A DNA stretch of 64,000 bases from Patescibacteria group bacterium (GCA_038323715.1 JBBQHF010000002.1:15102-79101), one strand, 5' to 3'; counted from the stretch's first letter, positions 18,948-29,305 are shown. A program made the numbers and translations. The notes: generated from the letters alone by a model not told the origin.

Positions 18948-20345
18948 ATGGCAAGCGAACAAGGATTATTAGAAAAAGTCCCACCACACAGCGCCGAAGC
19001 TGAAGAATCTCTTCTTGGTTCCCTTTTAATAGACAAGGATTCTATTATTAAGGTGGCCGATAATTTAACCGAGGCAGATTTCTATCGCGATGGCCATAAA
19101 ATTATTTTTGCGGCCATGCGTGAGTTATACGCCAACCAAGAACCAATTGATATCATCACTCTATCCAATAAACTGGAAGATAAAAAACAATTAACAACGG
19201 TTGGGGGACGCAGTTATCTTGCTAAACTATCAAACACCGTTGCTACTTCCGGGAATATTGTCCACTACTCAAATATAATTCAAAAAAAAGCAACTCTCAG
19301 AAGATTACAACAAGCGGCGGCAGAAATTTCAAATATTAGTTTTAACGAAGAAAGAGACATAGACGAAATTCTTGATGAAACGGAAAAAAAAGTTTTCGGT
19401 GTTTCTAGAAAATATTTAAAAAATGCTTTTGTTCCCATTGATAATCTTTTAACCGACGCCTTTGAGCGTATTGACGAGCTCCATAAACAAAGCGGAAAAT
19501 TAAGAGGACTATCAACTGGGTTCCCTGACTTAGACCATCTTTTAGCTGGTTTACAAAAATCTGATCTAATAATCCTAGCCGCCCGTCCCAGTGTCGGCAA
19601 GACCTCTTTTGCCCTTGATATCGCGCGCCAAGCCGCCATCAAAAGCAAAGAGGGTGTCGGAATTTTTTCTCTAGAAATGAGTAAGGAACAATTAGTTGAT
19701 CGTATGATATGTTCTCAAGCTAACGTTAGTTTATGGAAAATGAGAACCGGAAACTTGTCCGATAAAGAAGGTGATAATGATTTTGCTAAAATAGGAGAGG
19801 CAATGGGAAAGCTCGCCGAAGCGCCGATTTACATTGACGATTCAGGCACATTATCTATAATGGAAATAAGAGCTAAAGCCCGTCGTTTACAAATGGAAAA
19901 AGGACTTGGACTGATAATTATTGATTATTTGCAGTTAATGGAAGGACGAGGAAAATATGGCGATAACCGTGTTCAAGAAATTGCCGAAATCAGTCGTGGC
20001 TTAAAATCGATTGCGCGTGAACTCAATATTCCTATTTTAGCCTTAGCGCAGTTATCACGTGCCGTTGAGCAAACAAGCCCCGCGATTCCAAAGTTATCCC
20101 ATTTGCGTGATTCTGGTTCCATTGAGCAAGATGCTGATATTGTAATGTTCATTTATCGTAAGGCGGCCGACAGAAGTTTCAATCCTAACGATTTACCGAT
20201 GGACGAAAGACACAAAGCGGAAATCCACATTGCCAAGCATAGAAACGGGCCAACCGGAAAAGTAGATTTATTTTTTGATGAAAATACCGTAAACTTTAAG
20301 AGTCTGACTCGCAACGCGGGCGAACCAGCAATAACCGAATTTTAA
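18948..20345 (+). CDS. dnaB: Replicative DNA helicase DnaB
   Basis: N-terminus PHSAEAEESLLGSLL, Walker A ARPSVGKTSFAL, IIIDYLQLM, and the ALAQLSR motif. Confidence 0.92.
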   Translation: MASEQGLLEKVPPHSAEAEESLLGSLLIDKDSIIKVADNLTEADFYRDGHKIIFAAMRELYANQEPIDIITLSNKLEDKKQLTTVGGRSYLAKLSNTVATSGNIVHYSNIIQKKATLRRLQQAAAEISNISFNEERDIDEILDETEKKVFGVSRKYLKNAFVPIDNLLTDAFERIDELHKQSGKLRGLSTGFPDLDHLLAGLQKSDLIILAARPSVGKTSFALDIARQAAIKSKEGVGIFSLEMSKEQLVDRMICSQANVSLWKMRTGNLSDKEGDNDFAKIGEAMGKLAEAPIYIDDSGTLSIMEIRAKARRLQMEKGLGLIIIDYLQLMEGRGKYGDNRVQEIAEISRGLKSIARELNIPILALAQLSRAVEQTSPAIPKLSHLRDSGSIEQDADIVMFIYRKAADRSFNPNDLPMDERHKAEIHIAKHRNGPTGKVDLFFDENTVNFKSLTRNAGEPAITEF

Positions 20346-20366
20346 ATAATAACTAAAAATAAAAGT

Positions 20367-20642
20367 ATGTTCAGTAAATTAAAACAATTTCGTGATTTAA
20401 AAAGCCAAGCAAAAACCATGCAAGATGCACTTGCCACTGAAAAAGTAACCACAGAAAAGAATGGGGTAACTATTGTTATCAATGGTAATATGGAAATTAT
20501 CAGTCTTAGTTTAAATGAAAATTTAAATAAAGCCGCCCAAGAAGAAGCGGTTAAGCATTGTTTTAACGACGCTATAAAAAGTGCTCAGAGATTAATGGCA
20601 AAAAAGCTTCAAGACATGGGAGGCATTCCTGGTTTAAGCTAA
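20367..20642 (+). CDS. ybaB: YbaB/EbfC family nucleoid-associated protein
   Basis: Its size (91 aa), pattern (LKQFRDLKSQAKTMQDAL...VTIVINGNMEIISLSL) and position upstream of recR fit the family. Confidence 0.8.
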   Translation: MFSKLKQFRDLKSQAKTMQDALATEKVTTEKNGVTIVINGNMEIISLSLNENLNKAAQEEAVKHCFNDAIKSAQRLMAKKLQDMGGIPGLS

Positions 20643-20657
20643 AAACTAGTCAAACAA

Positions 20658-21254
20658 ATGAAATACCCGCAAGCGATTCAAAATCTGATTGATAGATTGT
20701 CATTTCTACCAAGTGTCGGTCCGAAGACGGCCGAACGCTATGTTTTTTATCTTTTAAATCAAAGTGAAGAAAGGTTGAATGATTTAGCGCTCGCAATTAA
20801 AGAATTAAAACAGAAAACCACCCTCTGTAAAATTTGTTATACCGTATCTAGCTCTAGCCCCTGCCCCCTCTGCTTAGATCCAGAAAGAAATAAACAATCA
20901 TTATGCATAGTAGAAAATACTCAAGACTTAGTGGCTATAGAATCAACTAAGCAATACAATGGTCGATACTTCGTACTAGGAGGTCTAATCAACACTATTT
21001 CCGGCGTTGGCCCAGAAGATTTAAATATTGAAAAATTAATTAAACTTATCCAAAGCGAACAAATACAAGAAATAATTTTGGCGCTTAATTTTACCCTAGA
21101 AGGAGAAACCACCTCTATGTATTTAAATAAGCTTTTAAAAAATAAAATTAAAATTACTCGCTTAGCTAAAGGACTTCCGGCTGGTTCGGATTTGGAATAT
21201 GCTGATGAGACCACTTTAGCCAGCGCTTTAAAATATCGTAGTGAAATAAAATAA
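20658..21254 (+). CDS. recR: Recombination protein RecR
   Basis: LIDRLSFLPSVGPKTAERYVFYLL helix-hairpin-helix, a C4 zinc finger (CKICYTVSSSSPCPLC), and a Toprim region. Confidence 0.9.
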   Translation: MKYPQAIQNLIDRLSFLPSVGPKTAERYVFYLLNQSEERLNDLALAIKELKQKTTLCKICYTVSSSSPCPLCLDPERNKQSLCIVENTQDLVAIESTKQYNGRYFVLGGLINTISGVGPEDLNIEKLIKLIQSEQIQEIILALNFTLEGETTSMYLNKLLKNKIKITRLAKGLPAGSDLEYADETTLASALKYRSEIK

Positions 21255-21290
21255 TAATAAATTGTAATTTAAAAGAAAGGAGCGAAAAAA

Positions 21291-21566
21291 ATGATGACAA
21301 TTGGAATCGTGGGGATTGTTCTTTTGATTATAGTTATCGGTGCTTATTATGTAATGAGTTTTGTGAGCACTAGAGCGGCTATTCAATTAGAATTAATGCT
21401 ATTCTTAATTGTCAGCTTTAGTAATAACGCCAAGAATCACAAATCCATACCAAAGAAACTATCAAAACTGATAGGCGCAATAATTGATAAAATCAATCTC
21501 TTAGGAAACAAAATAAAAGCTAAGAGACAAATCAGAAAAGCAAACCAAAAAAACCGACTTAAGTAG
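21291..21566 (+). CDS. Small hypothetical membrane protein with a basic C-terminus
   Basis: One of the few ORFs with a clear SD (AAGGAG about 10 nt upstream). N-terminal TM segment IGIVGIVLLIIVIGAYYV. Confidence 0.45.
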   Translation: MMTIGIVGIVLLIIVIGAYYVMSFVSTRAAIQLELMLFLIVSFSNNAKNHKSIPKKLSKLIGAIIDKINLLGNKIKAKRQIRKANQKNRLK

Positions 21567-21577
21567 CCGGTTTTTTT
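21546..21577. terminator. Probable bidirectional terminator between the 21291 ORF and rplU
   Basis: AAAAAACCG...CGGTTTTTT is a short stem with an 11-nt loop, flanked by A- and T-runs. The stem is weak. Confidence 0.4.
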
Positions 21578-21594
21578 CTTTATAAAAAATTTTA

Positions 21595-21903
21595 TTAAGC
21601 AATTTTTACAACTTTAATCGCGGTAAATCTTTGACGATGACCAACAGTTTTTTTATAACGAGTCTTATTCTTATATTTTACAACGGTAACTTTATCGCCT
21701 TTGCCACTTTCTAGAATTTCTACTTCAACTTTTTCTCCTAAAGATGGTTGTCCAACTTCAATATTTGCACCATCAGCAATCAAAAGAGTATCTAAAGAAA
21801 TTTTAGAGCCTTGTTCTGCTAATAGTTTTTCTACTTTAATAGTATCACCTTCAGCGACCTTATATTGTTTGCCGCCTGTTTTAATGACTGCGATTTTTGA
21901 CAT
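21595..21903 (-). CDS. rplU: 50S ribosomal protein L21
   Basis: MSKIAVIKTGGKQYKVAEGDTIKVEKL...GHRQRFT is typical of L21. Confidence 0.92.
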   Translation of the reverse strand: MSKIAVIKTGGKQYKVAEGDTIKVEKLLAEQGSKISLDTLLIADGANIEVGQPSLGEKVEVEILESGKGDKVTVVKYKNKTRYKKTVGHRQRFTAIKVVKIA

Positions 21904-22004
21904 ATGTCTTTTAAACGCGCTAATTTAAGTCTAAGTTTTAAATCAGCGTCCTTTATAATAAAAAATCAGAGATAGTTCTGAATAAGTTAATATTATACAA
22001 ATAT

Positions 22005-22033
22005 TTGAAAAATGTCAATAAATGATTTATAGT
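22005..22033 (+). promoter_or_regulatory. Candidate sigma-70-type promoter for murA
   Basis: TTGAAA, a 17-nt spacer, then TATAGT. Chance matches are likely in AT-rich DNA. Confidence 0.3.
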
Positions 22034-22112
22034 TATGTTGGAACTAATCTTAAATTTATAAAAGGCTAAAATTAGCTTAAATAATTATTTATTAACATTT
22101 TGTCAATCATAT

Positions 22113-23378
22113 ATGCCAAAATTCATTATTAAAGGAGGAAAACCATTATCCGGCAAAATAGCAGTTAGCGGCGCCAAAAACTCCGCCCTAAAGATTATCC
22201 CGGCCGCTATATTATCAACCGAAACCATAACTATTAAAAACCTGCCTAACATTGAGGACGTTGATAGATCGCTTGAAGTATTAAGCGATTTAGGGGCAAT
22301 CGTGACCAAAGAAAAAAATAGCATCACTATTAATACTAAAAACATTAAAAAGACCGAGCTTAGTCATTCTATGGCTAATAAATTTCGCGGTTCTATTATG
22401 TTTGTTGGACCCCTCTTGGCTAGATTTGGAGAGGTCAAATTTCCTCATCCGGGCGGATGCGTGATTGGCGCGGGCGAGCGTCCGATAGATTTATTTTTAG
22501 ATGGGTATAAAGCCTTTGGCGCCACCATTAAAGCGGAGGGTGGTCGTTTTTATAAAATAAAAGCAATAAAATTGAAACCAGCCGATTACTTCTTCCCGCT
22601 CATTAGCGTAACCGCCACCGAAAGTATGATGATGACCGCTGCCACTATTCCCGGAAAAACTATTTTGAGAAATTGTGCCTTAGAACCAGAAATAGAAGCG
22701 CTAGCAGATTATTTAAATAAACAAGGAGCAAACATCAAAGGAGCGGGAACGCCGACGATTACCATTGAAGGCAGAAAAAATATCGGGGCTGGATCTTTTA
22801 CGGTTATTCCCGATAGAATTGAAACTGGCTCATTCGCGATATTAGCGGCCGCCGCTAACGCTAATCTTGAAATTACAAATTGTAACCCTGACCATATAAT
22901 GACTCTTCTAAAGATATTAGAAAAAATAGGAGTTAATTTCAGCCTCGGAAAAGATTGGATAAAAATAAAACCAAGCAAATCACCACTAAGAGCACACAAC
23001 ATAAAAACACACGAATACCCTGGGTTCGCTACTGACCTACAGTCTCCTTTTGTTGTTTTAATGACTCAAGCACATGGGGCTTCATTAATACACGAAACCA
23101 TATATGACCGTCGGCTCCTTTGGACTGACATGCTTTCTCAAATGGGCGCTAATGTTATCATGTGTGATCCTCATCGGGTGGTTGTTCAAGGTCCAACAAA
23201 ATTATATGGCAAACACTTATTTAGTCCTGATTTAAGAGCCGGCATCGCCTTAGTAATTGCCGCTTTAATTGCCCAAGGCAAAACTGAGATAGATAATATA
23301 TATCAAATAGATCGTGGTTACGAAAAACTAGATGAAAGGTTAAGATTAATCGGGGCTGATATTAGCCGCGTAGAATAA
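22113..23378 (+). CDS. murA: UDP-N-acetylglucosamine 1-carboxyvinyltransferase
   Basis: VSGAKNSALKIIPAAIL, the active-site Cys context PGGCVIGAGERPIDL, and the C-terminal IDRGYEKLDERL. Confidence 0.92.
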   Translation: MPKFIIKGGKPLSGKIAVSGAKNSALKIIPAAILSTETITIKNLPNIEDVDRSLEVLSDLGAIVTKEKNSITINTKNIKKTELSHSMANKFRGSIMFVGPLLARFGEVKFPHPGGCVIGAGERPIDLFLDGYKAFGATIKAEGGRFYKIKAIKLKPADYFFPLISVTATESMMMTAATIPGKTILRNCALEPEIEALADYLNKQGANIKGAGTPTITIEGRKNIGAGSFTVIPDRIETGSFAILAAAANANLEITNCNPDHIMTLLKILEKIGVNFSLGKDWIKIKPSKSPLRAHNIKTHEYPGFATDLQSPFVVLMTQAHGASLIHETIYDRRLLWTDMLSQMGANVIMCDPHRVVVQGPTKLYGKHLFSPDLRAGIALVIAALIAQGKTEIDNIYQIDRGYEKLDERLRLIGADISRVE

Positions 23379-23382
23379 ATTT

Positions 23383-24711
23383 ATGTCCAAGAAAGCTAGA
23401 GATTTCCTGTTTTTTATATTTGTTTTTGTTTTTATAATAATGACGATTTTGACTTCCCTATACGCCTCTGGCTATAAGTTTAATTTGAGTTGGCCATTAA
23501 AATTTAATCGCTTACTACAAAAAACCGGGATGTTAAACGTTTCCACTCTTCCTAAAAATGCTGATATCTTTTTAAATAACAAACAACAACAAACTCCCAT
23601 CCTCAGTCTGTTTAAAAAAGACTTCATCACTACTCCGGCTAAAATAAAAAATATCTTGCCAGGCGAATATACCTTAAGTCTACAAAAAGAAGGGTATTGG
23701 CCAATAGAAAAAAAGATTAGAATAGATTCTGGGCAAACAACATTTAACGAAGATATTAATTTATTTAAATCTGACACTCCCCTGCTCATATATCAAACTG
23801 AAAATGAGAATCCGGTGTTAAGCGCGAACGGGAAATATCTGTATTTAAATAATGCGGGAAAAATAATTACTACCAAGGCGGGTCTCGAATTGCCATTTAG
23901 CCTCAATCAAAATGACAAGGGGCTCTGGGTTAAAAATGGTGATAAGCTTTTTGCAAACGGAAAAATAATCGACCCTGAAAAGAATATAGAAATTAACTTT
24001 GCGGATTTAGTGGGTAGCGGAACTACTAACTGGTATTATGATGACTTCAATAATCAAATATACTATTCCAATAAAGACTCGATTAATCGCTTAGAACCCG
24101 ATAATAAAACTATTTCTACCATTATCAAGGGCGAAGAATATTTGAGTTATGAACCAAGAGGCGATTACCTGTTCGCCGTTGTTAAGTCCGGAAACAAATT
24201 AATACTTAAAGAATATCAAATAAAAACTGGCGAAAACCTGGGGCAAGTAGAACTCCCAGCTATAGGCGATTATCGCTTTAAGCAAGAAGATGCTAATAGA
24301 TTATGTCTTTACGATAACAAAAATCTAACCATGTACTTGATAAACCCGACCAACATTCAGGACATTTCTAAAATATCAAATATTAAAAGTTGGTCATGGA
24401 TAAACAAAGGAGAGCTTATTTATAACACTGACTGGGAAATAAATATTTTTAATATTACTACCAGAAAAACGTCTCTAGTCACTAGGGTGAGTGAAATAAT
24501 AAACAGCGTTATTTGGAATAAGCGCGGTAGCTATATTATATTTGCAACTGACAAGAGTTTAAACACCTCCACCCTATACGATGGCAATGCCTTAACTATT
24601 TTGAGAACCGAAAATATTTCTCAACCAGTTCTTGATGAAAATAATAATTTATTATATTTTTACGGTCAGATAGGACAACAAACTGGAATTTATAAGATTG
24701 TTTTACAATAG
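23383..24711 (+). CDS. Membrane-anchored PEGA-domain protein with a large C-terminal beta-rich domain
   Basis: N-terminal TM helix (FLFFIFVFVFIIMTILTSLY). PEGA-like segment LNVSTLPKNADIFLNN...PGEYTLSLQKEGYWPIEKKIRI. Confidence 0.55.
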   Translation: MSKKARDFLFFIFVFVFIIMTILTSLYASGYKFNLSWPLKFNRLLQKTGMLNVSTLPKNADIFLNNKQQQTPILSLFKKDFITTPAKIKNILPGEYTLSLQKEGYWPIEKKIRIDSGQTTFNEDINLFKSDTPLLIYQTENENPVLSANGKYLYLNNAGKIITTKAGLELPFSLNQNDKGLWVKNGDKLFANGKIIDPEKNIEINFADLVGSGTTNWYYDDFNNQIYYSNKDSINRLEPDNKTISTIIKGEEYLSYEPRGDYLFAVVKSGNKLILKEYQIKTGENLGQVELPAIGDYRFKQEDANRLCLYDNKNLTMYLINPTNIQDISKISNIKSWSWINKGELIYNTDWEINIFNITTRKTSLVTRVSEIINSVIWNKRGSYIIFATDKSLNTSTLYDGNALTILRTENISQPVLDENNNLLYFYGQIGQQTGIYKIVLQ

Positions 24712-24713
24712 AA

Positions 24714-25589
24714 CTATTTTGAACTTAATTCGTTAATCAATTCTTGTAGTTTATCTTTAACTTCATCATTCTTTAAGCCCAGTTTTAAAGTAGCTTTGAT
24801 AAAATTGAATTTATTGCCAGTATCAAGCCATTCGCCTTCAATTTTTTTGCCGTAGAGTGGCTTATTTTGTTGGAGCATCTCATCATAAGCATCCGCTAAA
24901 CGGATTTCACCTGATTTACCACTCTTCATTTTACTCAAAATTTTAATTACCTCCGGCGTGATAACATTGATTCCCACCTGAACAAGATTGGACGGAGCTT
25001 CGCTCATTTTTGGCTTTTCAATAAATTGTTTAACTTCATAAATACCATCCCCTAAATCAATGCCCCCCATAACACCGAATTGGCTTACTTCTTCCGGTTT
25101 AACTTCTGATAGCCCAATAACGGTATCACCATATTTTTCATAAACATCTATTACTTGTTTTACAGGAGAAATCTCAGCATCATAAAGAGTATCGCCAAAC
25201 ATAACTAAAACGGCCTCATCCTTGCCTATTAAATGTGAGGCGCACAAAACCGCATGGCCATCACCAAGCGGAATGGGTTGTCTAACATATGAAAACTTGG
25301 CTAAATTTTCTATCTCTTGAACTTTTTTAACCAAATCAAGTTTATTTTTTTCAACTAAAGTTTTTTCAAGTTCAAAAGAATAATCAAAATGATCTTCAAT
25401 CGCTCGTTTGCCACGGCCAGTCACAAATATTATTTCCTCAATCCCGGCGGCGACAGCTTGCTCCACCAAATATTGAATAACCGGCTTATCCACCACGGTT
25501 AACATTTCTTTAGGCTGAGCTTTAGTGGCCGGCAAGAAACGAGTACCAAAACCAGCAACGGGGAAAATAGCTTTTTTTATTTTTTGCAT
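24714..25589 (-). CDS. galU: UTP--glucose-1-phosphate uridylyltransferase
   Basis: AIFPVAGFGTRFLPATKAQPKEML and VDKPVIQYLVEQAVAAGIEEI. Confidence 0.9.
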   Translation of the reverse strand: MQKIKKAIFPVAGFGTRFLPATKAQPKEMLTVVDKPVIQYLVEQAVAAGIEEIIFVTGRGKRAIEDHFDYSFELEKTLVEKNKLDLVKKVQEIENLAKFSYVRQPIPLGDGHAVLCASHLIGKDEAVLVMFGDTLYDAEISPVKQVIDVYEKYGDTVIGLSEVKPEEVSQFGVMGGIDLGDGIYEVKQFIEKPKMSEAPSNLVQVGINVITPEVIKILSKMKSGKSGEIRLADAYDEMLQQNKPLYGKKIEGEWLDTGNKFNFIKATLKLGLKNDEVKDKLQELINELSSK

Positions 25590-25600
25590 ATTATTTTTAT

Positions 25601-26404
25601 TTAGAGCTTAAGGCCCCATTTTATAAAATATTTAAACCAAGAACTGATATGAACCCAAGTAATTTTATCTTTAAAAATTGCAATATACCAAGGGTGTTGC
25701 GCGCTTTCACGAGCATGATTATGAATAACAATCGCTTCAGGATTATAGACCACTTTTAAACCGCGATTTTTAAAAGTCATTCCCAGGTCAGTATCTTCAA
25801 AATACATAAAATAGCGTTCATCAAAATGGGGATTAAACTTTTTACCATCAATGTCTAATTGCTCCTTTCTAAACATCACGCATGAGCCCATCAACCAGTC
25901 TACTTCACTAATAGTATTATGATCAAAATCACTCATTGTAAAACCGTCTCTAATTTTTTTAAAATAACTGCCTAAAAATGTACGTCTTAAAATTGGAATA
26001 AAAAAATTCGGGAAACGAGAACAAGACATTTGTAGCGTGCCGTCGGGATACAATAATTTTGGACCGACCAGCCCAACTAGAGGATTGCCTCGTAAATATA
26101 GTAATAACTTTTTACAAACATCAGGCCTCAAAACGGTATCGGGATTTAATATTAAAATATGTTCTCCTAAGGCTGACTTTATTCCTAAATTATTACCTCC
26201 CCCCATCCCCAAATTACGCGGACTAGTAATCAACCTAATATTATTGTCCTTAGTTTGCAGGTCCGATAAATCATCTCCAGAATTATTTTCTACCACAATA
26301 ATCTCAAATTTTATATCATTAAAATCTGATTTAAAAATAGACTCTAAGCAATGAGCTAGTTTTATTTTACTTTTATAATTGACAATTATAACTGATAAAT
26401 CCAT
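25601..26404 (-). CDS. Family 2 glycosyltransferase
   Basis: LSVIIVNYKS start, VVENNSGD, and a GGNNLG...NPD pattern (GT-A, DxD-like). Confidence 0.8.
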   Translation of the reverse strand: MDLSVIIVNYKSKIKLAHCLESIFKSDFNDIKFEIIVVENNSGDDLSDLQTKDNNIRLITSPRNLGMGGGNNLGIKSALGEHILILNPDTVLRPDVCKKLLLYLRGNPLVGLVGPKLLYPDGTLQMSCSRFPNFFIPILRRTFLGSYFKKIRDGFTMSDFDHNTISEVDWLMGSCVMFRKEQLDIDGKKFNPHFDERYFMYFEDTDLGMTFKNRGLKVVYNPEAIVIHNHARESAQHPWYIAIFKDKITWVHISSWFKYFIKWGLKL

Positions 26405-26405
26405 A

Positions 26406-27485
26406 TTAGATTATTTTTTTTACCAAGCTCCAATAACTATTTAACACGGGATTAACTAAATATTTTAAAATTGGGTTGTTGATTTCGGGAAAATCTATTT
26501 TGCCTTCTATATCAACAGCTAAAGCACTGAATTTAACTTTTTTAATTTTAGCGATAGACTTACGGGCATTATAAATTTTACTCCAAGTTGCTGGTTTTAC
26601 AAAATAGACTAGTGCTTTAAACCAAGTTCTCCCCCAACCCTTCATCAGAGCAAAGACGAGCATCCCTAAGCCCATGATTATAAAGGCGGGGAACAAAAAA
26701 AACAAGACTATGGCGGGATAAAAATTCAAAGCTAATAAGTATCGGTTGCGCTCCATGTAATACAGCATTCGCACGCTACGAGCAAATTCGTATTTATGAA
26801 AAATCACTGATTTGGGCGCTAAAATTATTTTATAGCCAGTTAACCTTGCCTTTAAGCTAAACTCGATATCATCATGATACATATAATATTCCTCATCCCA
26901 CCCACCAATCTTCAAAAAAACTTCCGGTGAAGTTATAAAACAACAGCCACTAGCGTAACCCTTAATTTCCGGATAACCTTCTACCAAAAAATCGGCTTGA
27001 TTGTAGTGAGAGGTGAAACCAAAACCTAAAAATTGTAACCGATTACCTAGAGTGTTTATTTTTAAAGGCGCAGCGCTACTCAACTTTTCTGGGTATAAAA
27101 GTATTTTAGATTGAGAGATGCCAGCGTCTGCATTATTTTCTAGAGCTAATACTAATTCATAAAGCCAATCAGGCTCCATTTCGGTATCCATATTAACTGT
27201 CACTAGATAATCACAGCCATCTTTAATCGCTTCCTTAAAGCCTAAATTATTAGCTGCACAATAATTACCGTCTGCACGAGCAATAATTTTAGACTCAGGA
27301 TAAAGAGACCCCAAGTAGGCTAGGCTCTCCGAAGAAGAGTCGTTGTCAATGATATAAACTTTTATTTTATTAGCTGAATAATTTTGTTGGCGCAAAGAAT
27401 TGCGACAAGCTGTTAAATAATGCTTAGCGTAGTCTTTATAATTAACTAGAATAATTCCAACAGATTTATCCATATTATCTAACAA
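26406..27485 (-). CDS. Family 2 glycosyltransferase with C-terminal membrane helices
   Basis: GIILVNYKD, IIDNDSSS, and AANNLGFK...VNMD. C-terminal TM segments AIVLFFLFPAFIIMGLGMLVFAL. Confidence 0.8.
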   Translation of the reverse strand: MLDNMDKSVGIILVNYKDYAKHYLTACRNSLRQQNYSANKIKVYIIDNDSSSESLAYLGSLYPESKIIARADGNYCAANNLGFKEAIKDGCDYLVTVNMDTEMEPDWLYELVLALENNADAGISQSKILLYPEKLSSAAPLKINTLGNRLQFLGFGFTSHYNQADFLVEGYPEIKGYASGCCFITSPEVFLKIGGWDEEYYMYHDDIEFSLKARLTGYKIILAPKSVIFHKYEFARSVRMLYYMERNRYLLALNFYPAIVLFFLFPAFIIMGLGMLVFALMKGWGRTWFKALVYFVKPATWSKIYNARKSIAKIKKVKFSALAVDIEGKIDFPEINNPILKYLVNPVLNSYWSLVKKII

Positions 27486-28311
27486 ATAAACTTACCGCCT
27501 TCCAGGCAATGGTTAAAATTTTAACCTCAATTGGACTTCCCCATTTTTGAAAATAAGAAAGCATAGAATCTCTAAAATATTTTTGGGTCGTAATTCTTTT
27601 GACCTGACCAAAGCTTTGCCCCACATAATCTATACAGGAAATATCAGCATTATACCAAACCTCTCCCCCTAATTTATAAACCTCCCGACAGAAATCCACC
27701 TCTTCGAACCAAATAAAATAACGTTCATCAAGCAAAGGAATTTTATCATTGCTAATTTTTTTATATGCCCCAACATTAATTAAGAAAAAAGCCCCCCGGA
27801 TAGAGTCCACTCTTTGAGAAACAGTATAATCAAAATTAAGTTGTAAATATTTTTTAACAATTGCCGGAAATAGATGAGGGATTTTAAAAACAATCATGAG
27901 CTGATCAAATAAAGAAGGAAATCGTCTCACTTGTTTAACAATAGTCCCCTTCTCATTGCTTAGCTTGCAGCCACTAACAACTGCTTGAGTATTTTCCCCG
28001 GCCCAGGATATCATTTTAAACAAAGTTTCTGCGTTCACCAACATATCGGGGTTCAACAAGAGAACAAATTTGCCTTGAGCCAGATTAATAGCTTGATTAT
28101 TAGCGGCAGCAAACCCCCGATTTTCTGTATTAACAATTAATTTAACTTGCGGGAAGTTATCTCGTACCATTTCCGCACTACCATCATGAGAATTATTATC
28201 AACCACAAAGGTTTCAAATTTAAAATCGCCCCCTGATTCATAGAGAGCTTTTAAATTTAATTTAAGTTTTTCCTTGACGTTCCAAGAAACTATAATAACT
28301 GTTAAATCCAT
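27475..28311 (-). CDS. Family 2 glycosyltransferase
   Basis: LTVIIVSWN, VVDNNSHDGS, and GFAAANNQAI...LLNPD. The start is taken at the internal ATG (MDLTVII), just downstream of the preceding gene's stop. Confidence 0.8.
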   Translation of the reverse strand: MDLTVIIVSWNVKEKLKLNLKALYESGGDFKFETFVVDNNSHDGSAEMVRDNFPQVKLIVNTENRGFAAANNQAINLAQGKFVLLLNPDMLVNAETLFKMISWAGENTQAVVSGCKLSNEKGTIVKQVRRFPSLFDQLMIVFKIPHLFPAIVKKYLQLNFDYTVSQRVDSIRGAFFLINVGAYKKISNDKIPLLDERYFIWFEEVDFCREVYKLGGEVWYNADISCIDYVGQSFGQVKRITTQKYFRDSMLSYFQKWGSPIEVKILTIAWKAVSLFVR

Positions 28312-28315
28312 AGTA

Positions 28316-28582
28316 TTAACGACCAACCTTAATAACTTTAAGGCGATCAGTAGCGCCACTTATTATTTGGAGTTGATACCGCCTAACATCTAATTCATCA
28401 GCTAAAAATTTTATTAAGGCAATATTAGCCTTATTATCTTCGGGTGAGGCGGTAATCCCCACTTTTATCGTTCCATCCGCCATGGTGCCCTTTATTTCAT
28501 TACTACTAGAATTAGGGAAAACCTTTACTTTTAATAAAAGTTCTTTATTATTAGCCAAATCTTCTTTAAACTTACTTAACAT
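28316..28582 (-). CDS. DUF167 (YggU-like) family protein
   Basis: VKVFPNSSSNEI...IKVGITASPEDNKANIALIKFLADEL...ISGATDRLKVIKV matches the DUF167 pattern. The start is probably the internal ATG (MLSKFKED). Confidence 0.7.
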   Translation of the reverse strand: MLSKFKEDLANNKELLLKVKVFPNSSSNEIKGTMADGTIKVGITASPEDNKANIALIKFLADELDVRRYQLQIISGATDRLKVIKVGR

Positions 28583-28768
28583 ATAGATAAAATAATAATT
28601 TAGAAGCTTTAACCTTGCTTCTACTATCATTCTAGTCCTTTTTTTGGCTTTTTAAAAGGGTGCGAGGACATAAATAGCCTTCTGTCAAGATTTATTTTAT
28701 TGTAATAATATATTAAAATGTAAGCGTGGGAATAACAATATTTTTTGTTTATAATTAAGACTTTTTAT

Positions 28769-29284
28769 ATGAGCGATAAAAAAATAGAGGATGAGAAAAA
28801 AGAAGCTGAAGATATTTATAAACGTCCGTCTTGGGATGAATATTTTATGAATATAGTAAGCATGGTCGCTAGCCGCGGTTCATGTAATCGCGGTCGCACT
28901 GGATGTGCCATCACTCGCGATAGACGAATCGTATCAACTGGTTATGTGGGGTCTCCGATGGGGTTAGCCCACTGTGATGAGGTTGGGCATGAAATGCATA
29001 CCGTGACCCATGAAGACGGTAGTCAAACTAGCCACTGTATTAGAACTGTTCATGCCGAACAAAATGCCATCTGCGAGGCGGCGCGTATGGGTATTGCCCT
29101 TGAGGGCGGAACGTTGTATTGTAAAATGTCACCGTGTTACACCTGCGCTAAAATGATAATTAATGCCGGCATTAAAAGAGTGGTCTGTGCTCAAGATTAT
29201 CAAGCTGGCGCCAGAAGCAAAGAAATTTTTAAAGAAGCAGGGGTTGAATATGTACTGCTATCAGATGAGATGGCTAAATATTAA
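28769..29284 (+). CDS. comEB: dCMP deaminase (ComEB-type cytidine/deoxycytidylate deaminase)
   Basis: Zinc motifs HAEQNAI and PCYTCAKMIINAGIKRV, plus N-terminal SWDEYFMNIV. The ATG at 28769 is preferred over the TTG at 28745 used by the ORF track. Confidence 0.88.
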   Translation: MSDKKIEDEKKEAEDIYKRPSWDEYFMNIVSMVASRGSCNRGRTGCAITRDRRIVSTGYVGSPMGLAHCDEVGHEMHTVTHEDGSQTSHCIRTVHAEQNAICEAARMGIALEGGTLYCKMSPCYTCAKMIINAGIKRVVCAQDYQAGARSKEIFKEAGVEYVLLSDEMAKY

Positions 29285-29305
29285 AATGAAATAATATATT
29301 AAATT

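Noticed and set aside
21904-22112. Long (209 nt) rplU-murA intergenic region as a possible L21 leader or riboswitch
   Set aside because: It is extremely AT-rich with no convincing conserved helices on either strand. Only a candidate promoter was retained. A covariance-model search would be needed.
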